Positions 1-11,070 of a stretch of 64,000 nt of DNA are shown here, piece by piece. Source of the stretch: Verrucomicrobiota bacterium (GTDB lineage Bacteria > Verrucomicrobiota > Verrucomicrobiia > Verrucomicrobiales > DEV007). The number at the start of each line of letters is the position of its first letter. The first letter of the stretch is position 1. The stretch covers positions 1 through 64,000 of the forward strand of contig JASFYY010000118.1 in assembly GCA_045046875.1 (NCBI GenBank), read 5' to 3'. Below the pieces are notes generated by a model, which saw only the letters and a list, made by a program, of their open reading frames with translations, was not told the origin of the DNA and made no database searches. Position numbers and translations under genes: made by a program.

Positions 1-114
1 GCATACTGGATAGCAGGAAACTTACAACCAGCTACCAAGTTGCCCAACCCTTTTCCAGTGCAATCCTGAACACCACACAAAATCACGAAGAGCCGAAAAA
101 AATGACACCTAATT

Positions 115-466
115 GCCAAGGAGAGCATCACACAAGAGGAATGGGAGAATCTACCAGACACTCTTGTTGTGAGATTGGTTCGCTTACGAGCAAAAGGCCG
201 CGACGGAAAAATGCGCACCATTTATTTGGCCACCACTTTAACAGATACCCAGAAGTATCCTACAGAGGAAATTGCGCTGCTTTATGCCGAACGCTGGAAA
301 ATCGAAGTGAAGTCCCGAAATATTAAAACCGGCCTGGCAGGCAAGAACCCAGAGCTCAAAAACTACGGCCAAATCCCCACCAATACCTCTCTGCCCCACG
401 TTCAGAATCTATCGAAATATTCTCACCGCGACCACAACGGGAAGGCCGCTTAATGCAGTGCCATTC
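115..466 (+). mobile_element. Degenerate IS4-family transposase remnant with right end
   Basis: Reads ...EEWENLPDTLVVRLVRL...LATTLTD..YPTEEIALLYAERWKIE..RNIKT (IS4 Y-R-E-K-type region). It jumps in another frame to RPGRQEPRAQKLRP (typical C-terminus) and ends at taatgcagtgccattc (451-466). Internal deletion and frameshifts; left boundary approximate. Confidence 0.75.
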
Positions 467-532
467 TTACCTGTCCCCTTTTAACCCCATTGACTGCCCC
501 CCCTTTTAACCCGATACTTGTTAATTTGATAT

Positions 533-1216
533 ATGGGTCCAATTCAAAAGATATTCAAATATCAAATCTGGCATCTATTCTCGCTAGTGATCTTGATTCT
601 AGCAGCAACACTATACCTGTCTAACAAACCGGCTATTCTCGATGGTGTCTTATGGGGAGTCCACACAACCACATGGTTTTACCTGGCCATGGCCACCCCC
701 ATTATTCACCAAATCTATGTTTGGCTGGTGTGGAGGTTCGAGCTTCACCTGAGAGTATTTTCAAATAAATTAGGCACAAAACAGGCATTTAGCATTTATG
801 CGATTGGCTTTTCATTTCTTTTCATCAGTCGTTTAATCACCATTATATTTCTTGCTATAAGCAGTAAAAATACCCTGCATCTAAACCCTCTTGTTGCATA
901 TATTATTGTCGCGCTGATCACACCGCTTGTTATTTATCTTTTTTATTCAGTCAAAAAGTATTTCACGATTGCAAGGGCTTACGGGATTGACCACTTCGAT
1001 AAAAACTACAATGAGCCCTATGTGAAAAAAGGAATATTTAAATATTCTAATAACGGGATGTATGTCTTTGGCCTTTTGATTCTCTATTTGCCAGGGCTGC
1101 TGTTTTTATCCGAAGCCGCACTGTTGGTCGCCCTATTCAATCATGTTTATATCTGGGTGCATTATTACTTTACTGAACGGCCAGATATGGTGGTGATTTA
1201 TGGCAATGCGCCATAA
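533..1216 (+). CDS. Membrane protein, phospholipid N-methyltransferase (PEMT)-like
   Basis: Multiple TM segments and C-terminal motif KKGIFKYSNNGMY; markedly AT-rich. Confidence 0.6.
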   Translation: MGPIQKIFKYQIWHLFSLVILILAATLYLSNKPAILDGVLWGVHTTTWFYLAMATPIIHQIYVWLVWRFELHLRVFSNKLGTKQAFSIYAIGFSFLFISRLITIIFLAISSKNTLHLNPLVAYIIVALITPLVIYLFYSVKKYFTIARAYGIDHFDKNYNEPYVKKGIFKYSNNGMYVFGLLILYLPGLLFLSEAALLVALFNHVYIWVHYYFTERPDMVVIYGNAP

Positions 1217-1282
1217 AAACCCGTAACACAAATTCCCACATTTGTTTCTTCTTAACCTACGGGATACCCCTGACAAACGAAG

Positions 1283-2179
1283 CTAACCTTGTTTCAGCAA
1301 AGCCATCATTCCAGCCAGATGAACATCCTGCGTGCACCTCAGATAAGCTATTTCAAAATAGTCAAAAGCCTTACCATAAAGCTCAGCTGAGCGGTTATTC
1401 CCAATCAAATGCACCTGCCCTGTGGCAAACTTGCGCGCTTCGCGGATTTCATGACCAATCAGCACTCCGGAAATCAAACTGGGCAAATGTTCGGCTCTCA
1501 CCCGCTTGGTCAACATGTCCGTGCGTCCGAGAAACAAATGATGCAATAAGCCCGCTGTTCGCCCCGAGTGCTCAAGCCCACGCACAAACGCCCCTTCATC
1601 AATATCCCGATCAAGACCTTCGCCACCACCGGATATCAAACTATCCTGAGTAAGTTTTTCAAAAGCCTCTCCGGTGAACCATGTGCGGAAAGAAACAATC
1701 TCTCCCGCCTGACAATTAACCCACTTACTATGAGTCCCCGGCCCACACACCGTCACCTGCTCGCCCTGCACGCCTGCCAACAAACCCAACACCTCGGTTT
1801 CCTCTCCCCGCATCACATCTGTGGTGCCATCGGCAAAATCGTGTCTCAATCCCGGCACCAAAAGAAGTTCTCCCAAGGTCTGGGTCTGCACTGGCACCAA
1901 TTCACCTGCCAAGGCCTCAATCCCCATCGCTGTCCGGCAATACGGCACCTCCACCCAGCCTTCACGGCTGCCAATCATGCCACTCATCACCACCGGCAAA
2001 TCCGCTTGTTGTGTTTTCCAATCACCGCACAAGGAAAACAAAACCTCTTCGAAAGCAGCTGCCTGCACATTTTTGATCCCCTTCCCACACTCCCGGCTCT
2101 CCACCAACTCCCCCTCCACTACCAATTTGGCACGCAAATTAGTCGACCCCCAATCCACCGCTATCAAAGAACTTGTCAT
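1283..2179 (-). CDS. dgoK: 2-dehydro-3-deoxygalactonokinase
   Basis: Motifs DWGSTNLR, GMIGSREGW, DVMRGEETE, PGTHSKWV. Confidence 0.92.
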   Translation of the reverse strand: MTSSLIAVDWGSTNLRAKLVVEGELVESRECGKGIKNVQAAAFEEVLFSLCGDWKTQQADLPVVMSGMIGSREGWVEVPYCRTAMGIEALAGELVPVQTQTLGELLLVPGLRHDFADGTTDVMRGEETEVLGLLAGVQGEQVTVCGPGTHSKWVNCQAGEIVSFRTWFTGEAFEKLTQDSLISGGGEGLDRDIDEGAFVRGLEHSGRTAGLLHHLFLGRTDMLTKRVRAEHLPSLISGVLIGHEIREARKFATGQVHLIGNNRSAELYGKAFDYFEIAYLRCTQDVHLAGMMALLKQG

Positions 2180-2222
2180 TTTAACTCCTGAATTTTAAAC
2201 TTCCGATCTCAAATATCAAATT

Positions 2223-3284
2223 CTACCCGGTATAATGTCTCTCCAACGAGTTTTTGATAAAGCGGCTGCTGCGCTGGATCTGCCGCTCCGCTTTTGCCGG
2301 ATCATGAGTCAAGGCGATATGAAACAAAGCGTCCCCCTCATCCACCGCCGCATCCCGCGAGCAACCAATGATCACTCCGCTCTCTCGCGCCTTCACCTTA
2401 CACTCTCCCCGGCCAAAAGGGTCCGCGACTATACCAAGCACCTCGCCCACTGTCACCGCCTTGCCCAACTCCTTCATTGGAGTGAAAATCCCGCCCATCG
2501 GAGCCCGCTCCCAGTAAGTTTCATCAGCCACCACCGTTTTTGTTCGGCGGCGCGTATCGACTTTACGCTCCTGGGGCAACATCGAAAGCGAACGCATCAC
2601 TGACACCAGACCGCGCACACCGTAACGCACTGAAGAGTGGTCCAATCTCCCGGCCTCTCCGGCTTCGAACAACAAAGACGGAATCTCTCTAGCCAAAAGA
2701 GTCTGCCTCAGCGTGCCCTCGCGTACCGGTGATTCAATTACCACCGGCACCCGGAAAGCCTTGGCCATTTCCATCGCTGCTTCATCATCAGGAGAAATCC
2801 GGATTTGAGGCAAGTTGGGACGGTTCACCGCTCCCGAATGCATGTCCACGGCATGAGTGCATTTTCCCACCACTTCTTCAACAAACAAACTCGCCAAACG
2901 GCCTCCCAGAGATCCCTTCGCAGACCCGGGAAACAAACGATTCAAATCACGACGATCCGGCAGATACCGCGAGCGCGCCATGAAGGCCGGCATATTCACC
3001 ACCGGCACCACAATCAGATCACCTCGCAATCGTTTTAACAGCCTCATTTTCAATAACAGTCGCAATGACTCCACCCCACAGATCTCATTACCATGAATCC
3101 CCGCACTCACCATCAAACAGGGCCCTGCTTGTCGCCCCCGGGCTACATGCACCGTCATCGACAAAGGCTGATGATCGATCATATGCCCAACCGTCAACTC
3201 CAGCGTACCACTGGTTCCCGGCGCAAAAGATTGCCCGCCTAAAACCAGTGGCTCCCTCTTGATGATTTTTTTTCCTCCAGCCAA
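2223..3284 (-). CDS. Succinylglutamate desuccinylase/aspartoacylase (M14-like) family protein
   Basis: GIHGNE, DLNRLFPG, DMHSG, FEAG motifs; directly downstream of rimK. Confidence 0.9.
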   Translation of the reverse strand: MAGGKKIIKREPLVLGGQSFAPGTSGTLELTVGHMIDHQPLSMTVHVARGRQAGPCLMVSAGIHGNEICGVESLRLLLKMRLLKRLRGDLIVVPVVNMPAFMARSRYLPDRRDLNRLFPGSAKGSLGGRLASLFVEEVVGKCTHAVDMHSGAVNRPNLPQIRISPDDEAAMEMAKAFRVPVVIESPVREGTLRQTLLAREIPSLLFEAGEAGRLDHSSVRYGVRGLVSVMRSLSMLPQERKVDTRRRTKTVVADETYWERAPMGGIFTPMKELGKAVTVGEVLGIVADPFGRGECKVKARESGVIIGCSRDAAVDEGDALFHIALTHDPAKAERQIQRSSRFIKNSLERHYTG

Positions 3285-3289
3285 AATAT

Positions 3290-4195
3290 CTAACCTTTAC
3301 CACGGGTTCGCGTTTTGCCCACCCCCGCATGTTTTTCGATAAACGCCACAATCACTCCGGCCACATCTTTTCCTGTCGCCGTTTCGACTCCCTCCAATCC
3401 TGGTGACGAATTCACTTCCATCACCACTGGTCCGTGATTGGAACGCAACAGATCCACACCCGCCACACTCAGCCCCATGATCTTCGCCGCCCGCACCGCT
3501 GTCGAACGCTCTTCCGGGGTGATCTTCACCAAGGAAGCGGTGCCCCCACGATGCAAATTAGAGCGGAACTCTCCCTCCTTGGCTTGTCGTTTGATCGAAG
3601 CCACCACCCGGTTACCAACAACAAAACAACGCACGTCGGATCCCCCTGCCTCTTTGATATACTCCTGCGCCAATATATTCGCATTCAGCCCACGAAAAGC
3701 CTCGATCACACTCTCCGCTGCTTTCTGAGTCTCCGTCAATACCACTCCCACGCCCTGGGTTCCTTCCAGCAATTTGATCACCAGCGGAGCTCCCCCGCAC
3801 AAGCGAATCAGATGTTTGGTAGCCCGCGGATCATGGGCAAAACCCGTCACCGGCAAACCAATGCCCTTGCGCGCCAACAACTGCAAACTGCGCAGCTTGT
3901 CCCGCGCCCGACTGATCGCCACCGATTCATTCAAGCTGTAAACCCCCATCACCTCGAACTGACGCACCACCGCGCAGCCGAAAAATGTGTGCGAAGCCCC
4001 GATCCGCGGAATGATCGCGTCATAACCCTTCAGTGCCTCGTCCCCGAGATAAATCATCGGCCGATGAGAAGTGATGTCCATGTGACACTTCAAATAATCG
4101 ATCACTTTCACATCGTGGCCTCGCTTTTCAAAAGCTTCCAACAGGCTATTGGTCGAATACAGTTTTCTGTTCCTTGATAAAATTCCAATCTTCAT
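3290..4195 (-). CDS. rimK: Ribosomal protein S6--L-glutamate ligase (ATP-grasp)
   Basis: [45 protein letters not shown]. Confidence 0.96.
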   Translation of the reverse strand: MKIGILSRNRKLYSTNSLLEAFEKRGHDVKVIDYLKCHMDITSHRPMIYLGDEALKGYDAIIPRIGASHTFFGCAVVRQFEVMGVYSLNESVAISRARDKLRSLQLLARKGIGLPVTGFAHDPRATKHLIRLCGGAPLVIKLLEGTQGVGVVLTETQKAAESVIEAFRGLNANILAQEYIKEAGGSDVRCFVVGNRVVASIKRQAKEGEFRSNLHRGGTASLVKITPEERSTAVRAAKIMGLSVAGVDLLRSNHGPVVMEVNSSPGLEGVETATGKDVAGVIVAFIEKHAGVGKTRTRGKG

Positions 4196-4650
4196 CACTT
4201 CTTATCCCCGTTATAATGCGCGCTTAAATTTTTCCCCAATAGATAGGACTTGGCTGGATTGACCAGGAAATGATTTTCCAACCCCTTGCGACCAAGCAAC
4301 ATCCGGAATCTCATCTGCTCCCGATTAGTCAGGCTTAGCTCAACCCGCCACTCGAATCCGGCCAGACAAACACGGGTCTCAATGAACGGACGTTTTTCGA
4401 TATGTCCACCTGAATCTTTCACCTCCCGAAAAGCAATCACCCTGGCTTCCCCCTGCCTGAAACAATGATGCCTTCTTTTCAAAGGATGCACGATGAAACG
4501 AACCCGGCTCTGCCCTGTCTCATCCTCAAAACATTCGTATTCAGCTGTATGCAGCGCCGAGCTGCGGGCGCCGGTGTCGATCTTCGCCTTGATCCCCGGC
4601 ACATCCAGATCCGGCAAGGACACCCATTCACGCCATCCGATTTCTGTCAT
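4195..4650 (-). CDS. RimB-like retropepsin-fold protease (putative ATP-dependent zinc protease family)
   Basis: [25 protein letters not shown]; abuts the rimK start. Confidence 0.88.
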   Translation of the reverse strand: MTEIGWREWVSLPDLDVPGIKAKIDTGARSSALHTAEYECFEDETGQSRVRFIVHPLKRRHHCFRQGEARVIAFREVKDSGGHIEKRPFIETRVCLAGFEWRVELSLTNREQMRFRMLLGRKGLENHFLVNPAKSYLLGKNLSAHYNGDKK

Positions 4651-4658
4651 GACGAGGG

Positions 4659-5798
4659 TTAATCCTGCTTTATTTCAAAGTCGGGAATGGCCAGGTTTTT
4701 TGCCGTTTTCATCGGCCTCCGCAGCGCTTCGCGCATCCGCTGCACTTCATCCCCTGCACGACGATCGGTACAATCAGGATGCACCTCGTCACTCGCGATC
4801 AAACCCATCAGTTTCAAACAAGCCGCCGTGCTGTGTTTATACGACGCTGCACTGCCCTGCTCATTCAAGCGGAACACCGAATCCTCCAATGACTGGAACG
4901 CTTCGAACAGCTTATACACCTGGGTATCAAAATGATCTCCACCCACACCCAGCGCATGGGTTTTATCCGCACAAGAATCAAACAACCACATATCCCGCGC
5001 TGCACAGATCAAGGGGCAAGCGCTCACCCCCGCACCGATCAATAAAGGCGAACCCAAACGAATGGCGGTCGCGATGCCATAATCATCCCCACTGTGCGGA
5101 ACAAAGTCCAGGCCAAGGTCACGGCACATCGCAGACCAATAGAGAAAATGGGGTTCATCGAGAGTAGAGATTTTTCCCGCGACAATTTTTTCATGCCCCG
5201 CCAGTTGATGCAACAACCAAGGTTCATAAGGCGTCGCCCAGGATACAAATGATGGCTCCAGCGCATGCACAATCATCGGCACGTTCACCTGCTCGGCAAT
5301 CTCAAAATACGCATCGCGACGGCGTTCGGGATCCAGCTCGTTCAACTGGCGCGAAGTCATGATCATCACTTCAACTTTGTCAAAAGACTGGGCAATGTCG
5401 AGATGTGGACGGTACCACTCTGCTTTGAACGTATCACCCTGCGCACCCACCGCCGTGGTTCCACAAATAATCGTCGGCTCTGGAAATGAAGCCCGGAATC
5501 GCTCGATCACCTCACGGTAAAGATCTTCGGAAATTTCAAAAATGTAACCAGTATCCGCATTCAATACAAACACCAGATCCACCCCATAATACTCACCGCA
5601 CTTCAGCATCCAACGCACACTGCGCTCGAATCCCTGCCAATCAGGTTTACCCTCGGCAAAAGGCAGCAGCGTCGCCACACAAATCCTCGCTTTGCGCCGA
5701 TGATTCACCAATGACTCCTCAGCTGTGAAAGCCCACTGGGTCTCCGCCCAGCGAGTGGTCGGAGTCAGCTCAGCTGGATCTGAAATCAAATCCCTCAT
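4659..5798 (-). CDS. Dihydrodipicolinate synthase-like (class I aldolase) family protein
   Basis: LLPF..G.PDW, NADTGY, GKIS (candidate Schiff-base Lys), SGDD; start chosen at ATG 5798. Confidence 0.65.
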   Translation of the reverse strand: MRDLISDPAELTPTTRWAETQWAFTAEESLVNHRRKARICVATLLPFAEGKPDWQGFERSVRWMLKCGEYYGVDLVFVLNADTGYIFEISEDLYREVIERFRASFPEPTIICGTTAVGAQGDTFKAEWYRPHLDIAQSFDKVEVMIMTSRQLNELDPERRRDAYFEIAEQVNVPMIVHALEPSFVSWATPYEPWLLHQLAGHEKIVAGKISTLDEPHFLYWSAMCRDLGLDFVPHSGDDYGIATAIRLGSPLLIGAGVSACPLICAARDMWLFDSCADKTHALGVGGDHFDTQVYKLFEAFQSLEDSVFRLNEQGSAASYKHSTAACLKLMGLIASDEVHPDCTDRRAGDEVQRMREALRRPMKTAKNLAIPDFEIKQD

Positions 5799-5800
5799 CC

Positions 5801-7162
5801 TTAGAGCCCTTTTATTTCCCAACCTTTACGGTAGTCATAACCTTTGGCCAGAGCATTCGCAGCATCAGAATTAGTGAATTTAGCCGCCGCATCATCCCAC
5901 TGCAATTTCTCTCCCGGCAAACGCGTAGCCACCGTTCCCAACAACACCGCTTCACTCATCGGGCCACTGTAATCAAAATTCGACAGTGGTTTATCCACCT
6001 TACCAATAATAGCGTCGATCCAATTGTTAAAATGATTGCCTGCTGGCACCTGCTCAACCGGAGAGCTTTCAAACTTCGAAGTTGGGAACAGACGCGGAAT
6101 ACCTCCACCTCCGTGTGGAATCGCCATCGCTCCATCCGTGCCTATCACCACCGTGCCACTGCGCGGGATATTCATCGCTTCACCGACAGCCTTGGCCACC
6201 TCTGGAGGTGTTTCTTGATTTCCATCATACCAAGTGAAAACAAAATTATTGCCTCCGGTCAAATCATTGCCTGCAAATTCATATTCCACCTTGGAATTAA
6301 TCGGCCAGCTATCACCGTCCACCGGTCCGGGGCCGAGTGATTTCACCGACAGCGGTGTGGGAGTCTTCAAACCCATGAACCACGGATGATAAATATGGCA
6401 CCCCATATCCCCCAATGTCCCTGTACCAAAATCCAACCGCTTGCGCCACTGACCCGGGTGATATTCCCCCTTAATGTAATCACGCATTGGTGCACCGGCA
6501 ATCCAGTGATCCCAGTTCAGACCAGCCGGGATTTCATCTTTACGTTTGGGCAGTGGATCCATCGATCCCCACGATTTAGGGTTCATGCTGTGAACCGAAA
6601 TCACATCTCCAATCAGCTTTTTCTGTAACAAAGCCACCGCCGTCTGGTTGCCTGCACTGGATGCCACCTGGGTTCCCATCTGGGTGATGATTTTATTTGC
6701 CGCAGCAAACTCCCGCAAAGCGCGTGCTTCATGCAGCGTACGAGTCAGTGGTTTCTGACAATAAACATGTTTGCCGACCTGCATCGCACTCATCGCCATC
6801 GGCGCGTGCATGTGATCCGGCGTTCCCACTCCGGCGCAGATGAAGTTTTTCTCCTCCTTATCGAGCATCTCCTTCCAATCGGTGTAAAACTTTGCTTCGG
6901 GAAAAGCCTTACGCGCATTCAAAGCCCGGCTCGCATCCAGATCCGTCAAAGCCACCACTTTCACCGACGGGTGTTTGGAGAACTCCTTCAAATCCGCCCA
7001 GGCCCGTCCACCGGCACCAAAACTAGCCAGATGCACCGTATCATTCGGCCCCGCTCCACGCGCCGCGGTTTTCCACCCGATAAAAGGAAAAGCAAGCGCC
7101 GAGCCCGCAGTGGTTTTTAAAAATTTACGCCTTGAGGAGTTTGTCTGGGAATTCTGTTTCAT
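5801..7162 (-). CDS. Gfo/Idh/MocA oxidoreductase with Tat signal
   Basis: SRRKFLK twin-arginine signal, TPDHMH, HVYCQKPL, GDMGCH. Confidence 0.92.
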   Translation of the reverse strand: MKQNSQTNSSRRKFLKTTAGSALAFPFIGWKTAARGAGPNDTVHLASFGAGGRAWADLKEFSKHPSVKVVALTDLDASRALNARKAFPEAKFYTDWKEMLDKEEKNFICAGVGTPDHMHAPMAMSAMQVGKHVYCQKPLTRTLHEARALREFAAANKIITQMGTQVASSAGNQTAVALLQKKLIGDVISVHSMNPKSWGSMDPLPKRKDEIPAGLNWDHWIAGAPMRDYIKGEYHPGQWRKRLDFGTGTLGDMGCHIYHPWFMGLKTPTPLSVKSLGPGPVDGDSWPINSKVEYEFAGNDLTGGNNFVFTWYDGNQETPPEVAKAVGEAMNIPRSGTVVIGTDGAMAIPHGGGGIPRLFPTSKFESSPVEQVPAGNHFNNWIDAIIGKVDKPLSNFDYSGPMSEAVLLGTVATRLPGEKLQWDDAAAKFTNSDAANALAKGYDYRKGWEIKGL

Positions 7163-7282
7163 ATCGCCAAAACCCTTACCCCATCCGAGCCCAAGGTCAA
7201 CTCTCCCTTACAAATCCGCTTTCTTCCTGATAAACTTTCTTCCTTGTAAAAAACACCTTCTCCGATGAGTTTCCATACAAAC

Positions 7283-8306
<1,024 letters not shown>

Positions 8307-8320
<14 letters not shown>

Positions 8321-9236
8321 TCTAATTTATGTTGCCGGCCACAAAGGAATGGTCGGCAGCGCCATCATGCGTCAACTGGAGTCGAACGGCTACCACAACA
8401 CCCTCACCGCCACTCACCAACAACTCGACCTCACTCGCCAAACCGACAGCGAAGATTTCCTCGCAAAACATCAGCCCGATGTCGTCATCATCGCCGCTGC
8501 CAAAGTCGGCGGTATTCTCGCTAATGACACCCAACCCGCTGACTTCCTCTACGACAACCTGAGCATCGCCAACAACCTGATCCACGCGGCCTATCAAACC
8601 GGAGTCAAACGCCTGCTCTTTCTCGGTAGCTCTTGCATCTACCCGCGCGAAGCTGAACAACCGATCACTGAGAACTCCCTGCTCACCGGCCCGCTGGAAA
8701 CCACCAACGAAGCCTACGCCATCGCCAAGATCGCCGGCCTCAAACTATGCGAATTCTATCGCCGCCAGCATGGCTGCCTGTTTCACTCCGCCATGCCCTG
8801 CAACCTCTACGGCCCAGGCGACAACTACCACCCGCAGAACTCCCACGTCATCCCCGCTCTCATCCGGCGTTTTCACGAAGCAAAGGTCAACGCCGCGCCA
8901 CAAGTCACCTTGTGGGGTAGCGGAACCCCTCGCAGGGAGTTCCTTCACTCCGATGATCTCGCCGCAGCCATCCTGCAACTGCTCAACCTTGATGACCCTC
9001 CGAATCTGGTTAATATCGGAGCCAGCCAGGATCTACCCATCCGCGAACTCGCAGAACTGATCGCTGAAGTTATCGGCTACCAAGGAACCCTCGTGCAAGA
9101 CCCGGGTAAACCCGACGGCACTCCCGCCAAACTGATGGACTCTTCTTTGATTCGTTCACTGGGCTGGAAACCCAACATCACTCTATTAGAAGGTCTGCAA
9201 TCCACTTGCCAAAACTTCGTCCGCGATATCATCTGA
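8307..9236 (+). CDS. fcl: GDP-L-fucose synthase
   Basis: [31 protein letters not shown]; follows gmd. Start may be ATG 8301. Confidence 0.95.
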
Positions 9237-9285
9237 TCTCAAAATTTGCATTTACCCCTCAAATCGTCCAAATTCCAAAATACTC

Positions 9286-10284
9286 ATGAAAAAAATCACC
9301 CACTTCTTCGCGCTCACTGCGGCTTGCGCACTCGCACTCAACTTCTCCGCCCCTCTTCAAGCTCAAAACAAAAAAGCTAAAACCTGGGAGACAGAAAAAG
9401 CAGCCAAACTGAAACCGGCCACTGCCGAAGAAAAAGAGAAAATCACCGCAGCCATTCCTACCAAAACCACCGCCCAGCCTAAAAAGGACCGCAAGCTATT
9501 GATCTTCTACCGCTGTGAAGGTTACATCCACGCCGCGATCAGCATCGCCAATCATGCCATTCCGGAAATGGGCAAAAAAACCGGAGCCTACACCGCTGAT
9601 GTCAGTGATGATTACGCTGTTTTCACCAAGGACAACCTGGCCCAATACGACGCCATCCTTTTCAACAGCACCACCCACCTCAAATTCCCCAAACCCGAAC
9701 AGAGAGCCGCGATTCTCGATTTCATCAAACAAGGCAAAGGCATTGTCGGCATCCACGCCGCAGGCGATTGTTTTCACGCCTGGCCGGAAGGCGCAGCGCT
9801 GATGGGAGGACTGTTCAGCGGCCACCCGTGGACAGCCGGAGGCACTTGGGCTTTCCGTCTCGACGAACCCAAACATGTTCTTAACCAAGCCTTTGGCGGC
9901 AAAGGCTTCTGGCATCAGGACGAAATCTACCAGTACCAACCCACCACCTTTGCCGGACCGGAAAACCTGCGCATCATCGTCAGTCTCGACATGACAAAAA
10001 AAGACGTCTCCGACAAACTCAGTGATCCCAAGCTCGACAAACACAACAAGGCCTTCAAACCCGGCAAACGCGAAGTGCCTGTTACCTGGTTACGCGAATA
10101 CGGCAAAGGCCGCCTCTTTTACACCAACCTGGGACACAACAAACAAACTTACTGGGCAGCTGATGTGATGCAACATTACCTGGACGGCCTGCAATACGCA
10201 TTTGGAGATCTCGATGCCGATGCAACTCCGACCGCAAAGGCGGAAAAAGTTGAGCCCGCTTTAGCTCCTGCTAAAGCACCTTGA
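9286..10284 (+). CDS. ThuA domain-containing secreted protein
   Basis: Signal peptide; GIVGIHAA, DEIYQ, GKGRLFYTNLGH. Confidence 0.85.
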   Translation: MKKITHFFALTAACALALNFSAPLQAQNKKAKTWETEKAAKLKPATAEEKEKITAAIPTKTTAQPKKDRKLLIFYRCEGYIHAAISIANHAIPEMGKKTGAYTADVSDDYAVFTKDNLAQYDAILFNSTTHLKFPKPEQRAAILDFIKQGKGIVGIHAAGDCFHAWPEGAALMGGLFSGHPWTAGGTWAFRLDEPKHVLNQAFGGKGFWHQDEIYQYQPTTFAGPENLRIIVSLDMTKKDVSDKLSDPKLDKHNKAFKPGKREVPVTWLREYGKGRLFYTNLGHNKQTYWAADVMQHYLDGLQYAFGDLDADATPTAKAEKVEPALAPAKAP

Positions 10285-10317
10285 TTTGGCCCTGCCAAAT
10301 CTGTCGTATTGCTCGCT

Positions 10318-10353
10318 TGATCGGTCGGATCTGTCTGATAGAACAAATCCGAC
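10318..10353. repeat. Short imperfect palindromic intergenic element between convergent genes
   Basis: gtcggatctgtc...aacaaatccgac can form a hairpin; possible terminator or REP-like unit. Confidence 0.35.
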
Positions 10354-10387
10354 TGGTTTCCATACCGTTCTCACGGCTGACCACGCA

Positions 10388-10888
10388 TCATTCAATTCCC
10401 TTCACGGTTTTATAAACCGTGAACCCCCGGCGCTTGTAATTGACCAACGCGCTCTGGTGATCCCGAGTGCAAGTGTGCAACCAAACCCGCCGCGTTCCAC
10501 TGAGTGACCAGGCAGATTCAATCGCTGTCGTTACCAACGCACCGCCCAATCCACAAGCCACATATTCCGGCAGCAATCCGAGCTGAACAATTTCCACATC
10601 ACCACCCTGCTGCGACTCGATCTCAAAATAACCAGCAGGCTGACTATCCACAGCAATGACTCCCGTAGTCAAAGCTTTGCGATTGACATAGGCATGCCAT
10701 TGCTCATCCGACCACTTCAAGCGTTCTGTCCATTGCCAGTCCCCTCCGACTTTCTGGTAGAACTGCCGATTCACATCAGGCGCCGCCTCTTCCAGAATCG
10801 TAACAGCGAAATTCGATGGCCCCGCTTTCACGCACAAGACTTCCCGATCCAACATTTCCAAATAAAAGGTCGTCAACTCACTCATCAC
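10388..10888 (-). CDS. GNAT family N-acetyltransferase
   Basis: GLLPEYVACGLGGAL, RVWLHTCTRDH..A..NY.RRGF. Confidence 0.88.
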   Translation of the reverse strand: MMSELTTFYLEMLDREVLCVKAGPSNFAVTILEEAAPDVNRQFYQKVGGDWQWTERLKWSDEQWHAYVNRKALTTGVIAVDSQPAGYFEIESQQGGDVEIVQLGLLPEYVACGLGGALVTTAIESAWSLSGTRRVWLHTCTRDHQSALVNYKRRGFTVYKTVKGIE

Positions 10889-11070
10889 AGCTCAAAGCTA
10901 CATCGGTCAGTAAATTAAGGCAAATTCGGTATAAATGTCGCCCCAAATACCTAAACAAACCTTTTTTTGAGACAATAATCCTAAAATCTGAGCAGAACAG
11001 CCTAGAGTTCTCTGTCTAGATCGGCTTTTGTGAGCTATCTTTGAGAATCCCCCTCGTTTCCCCTGCTCCT

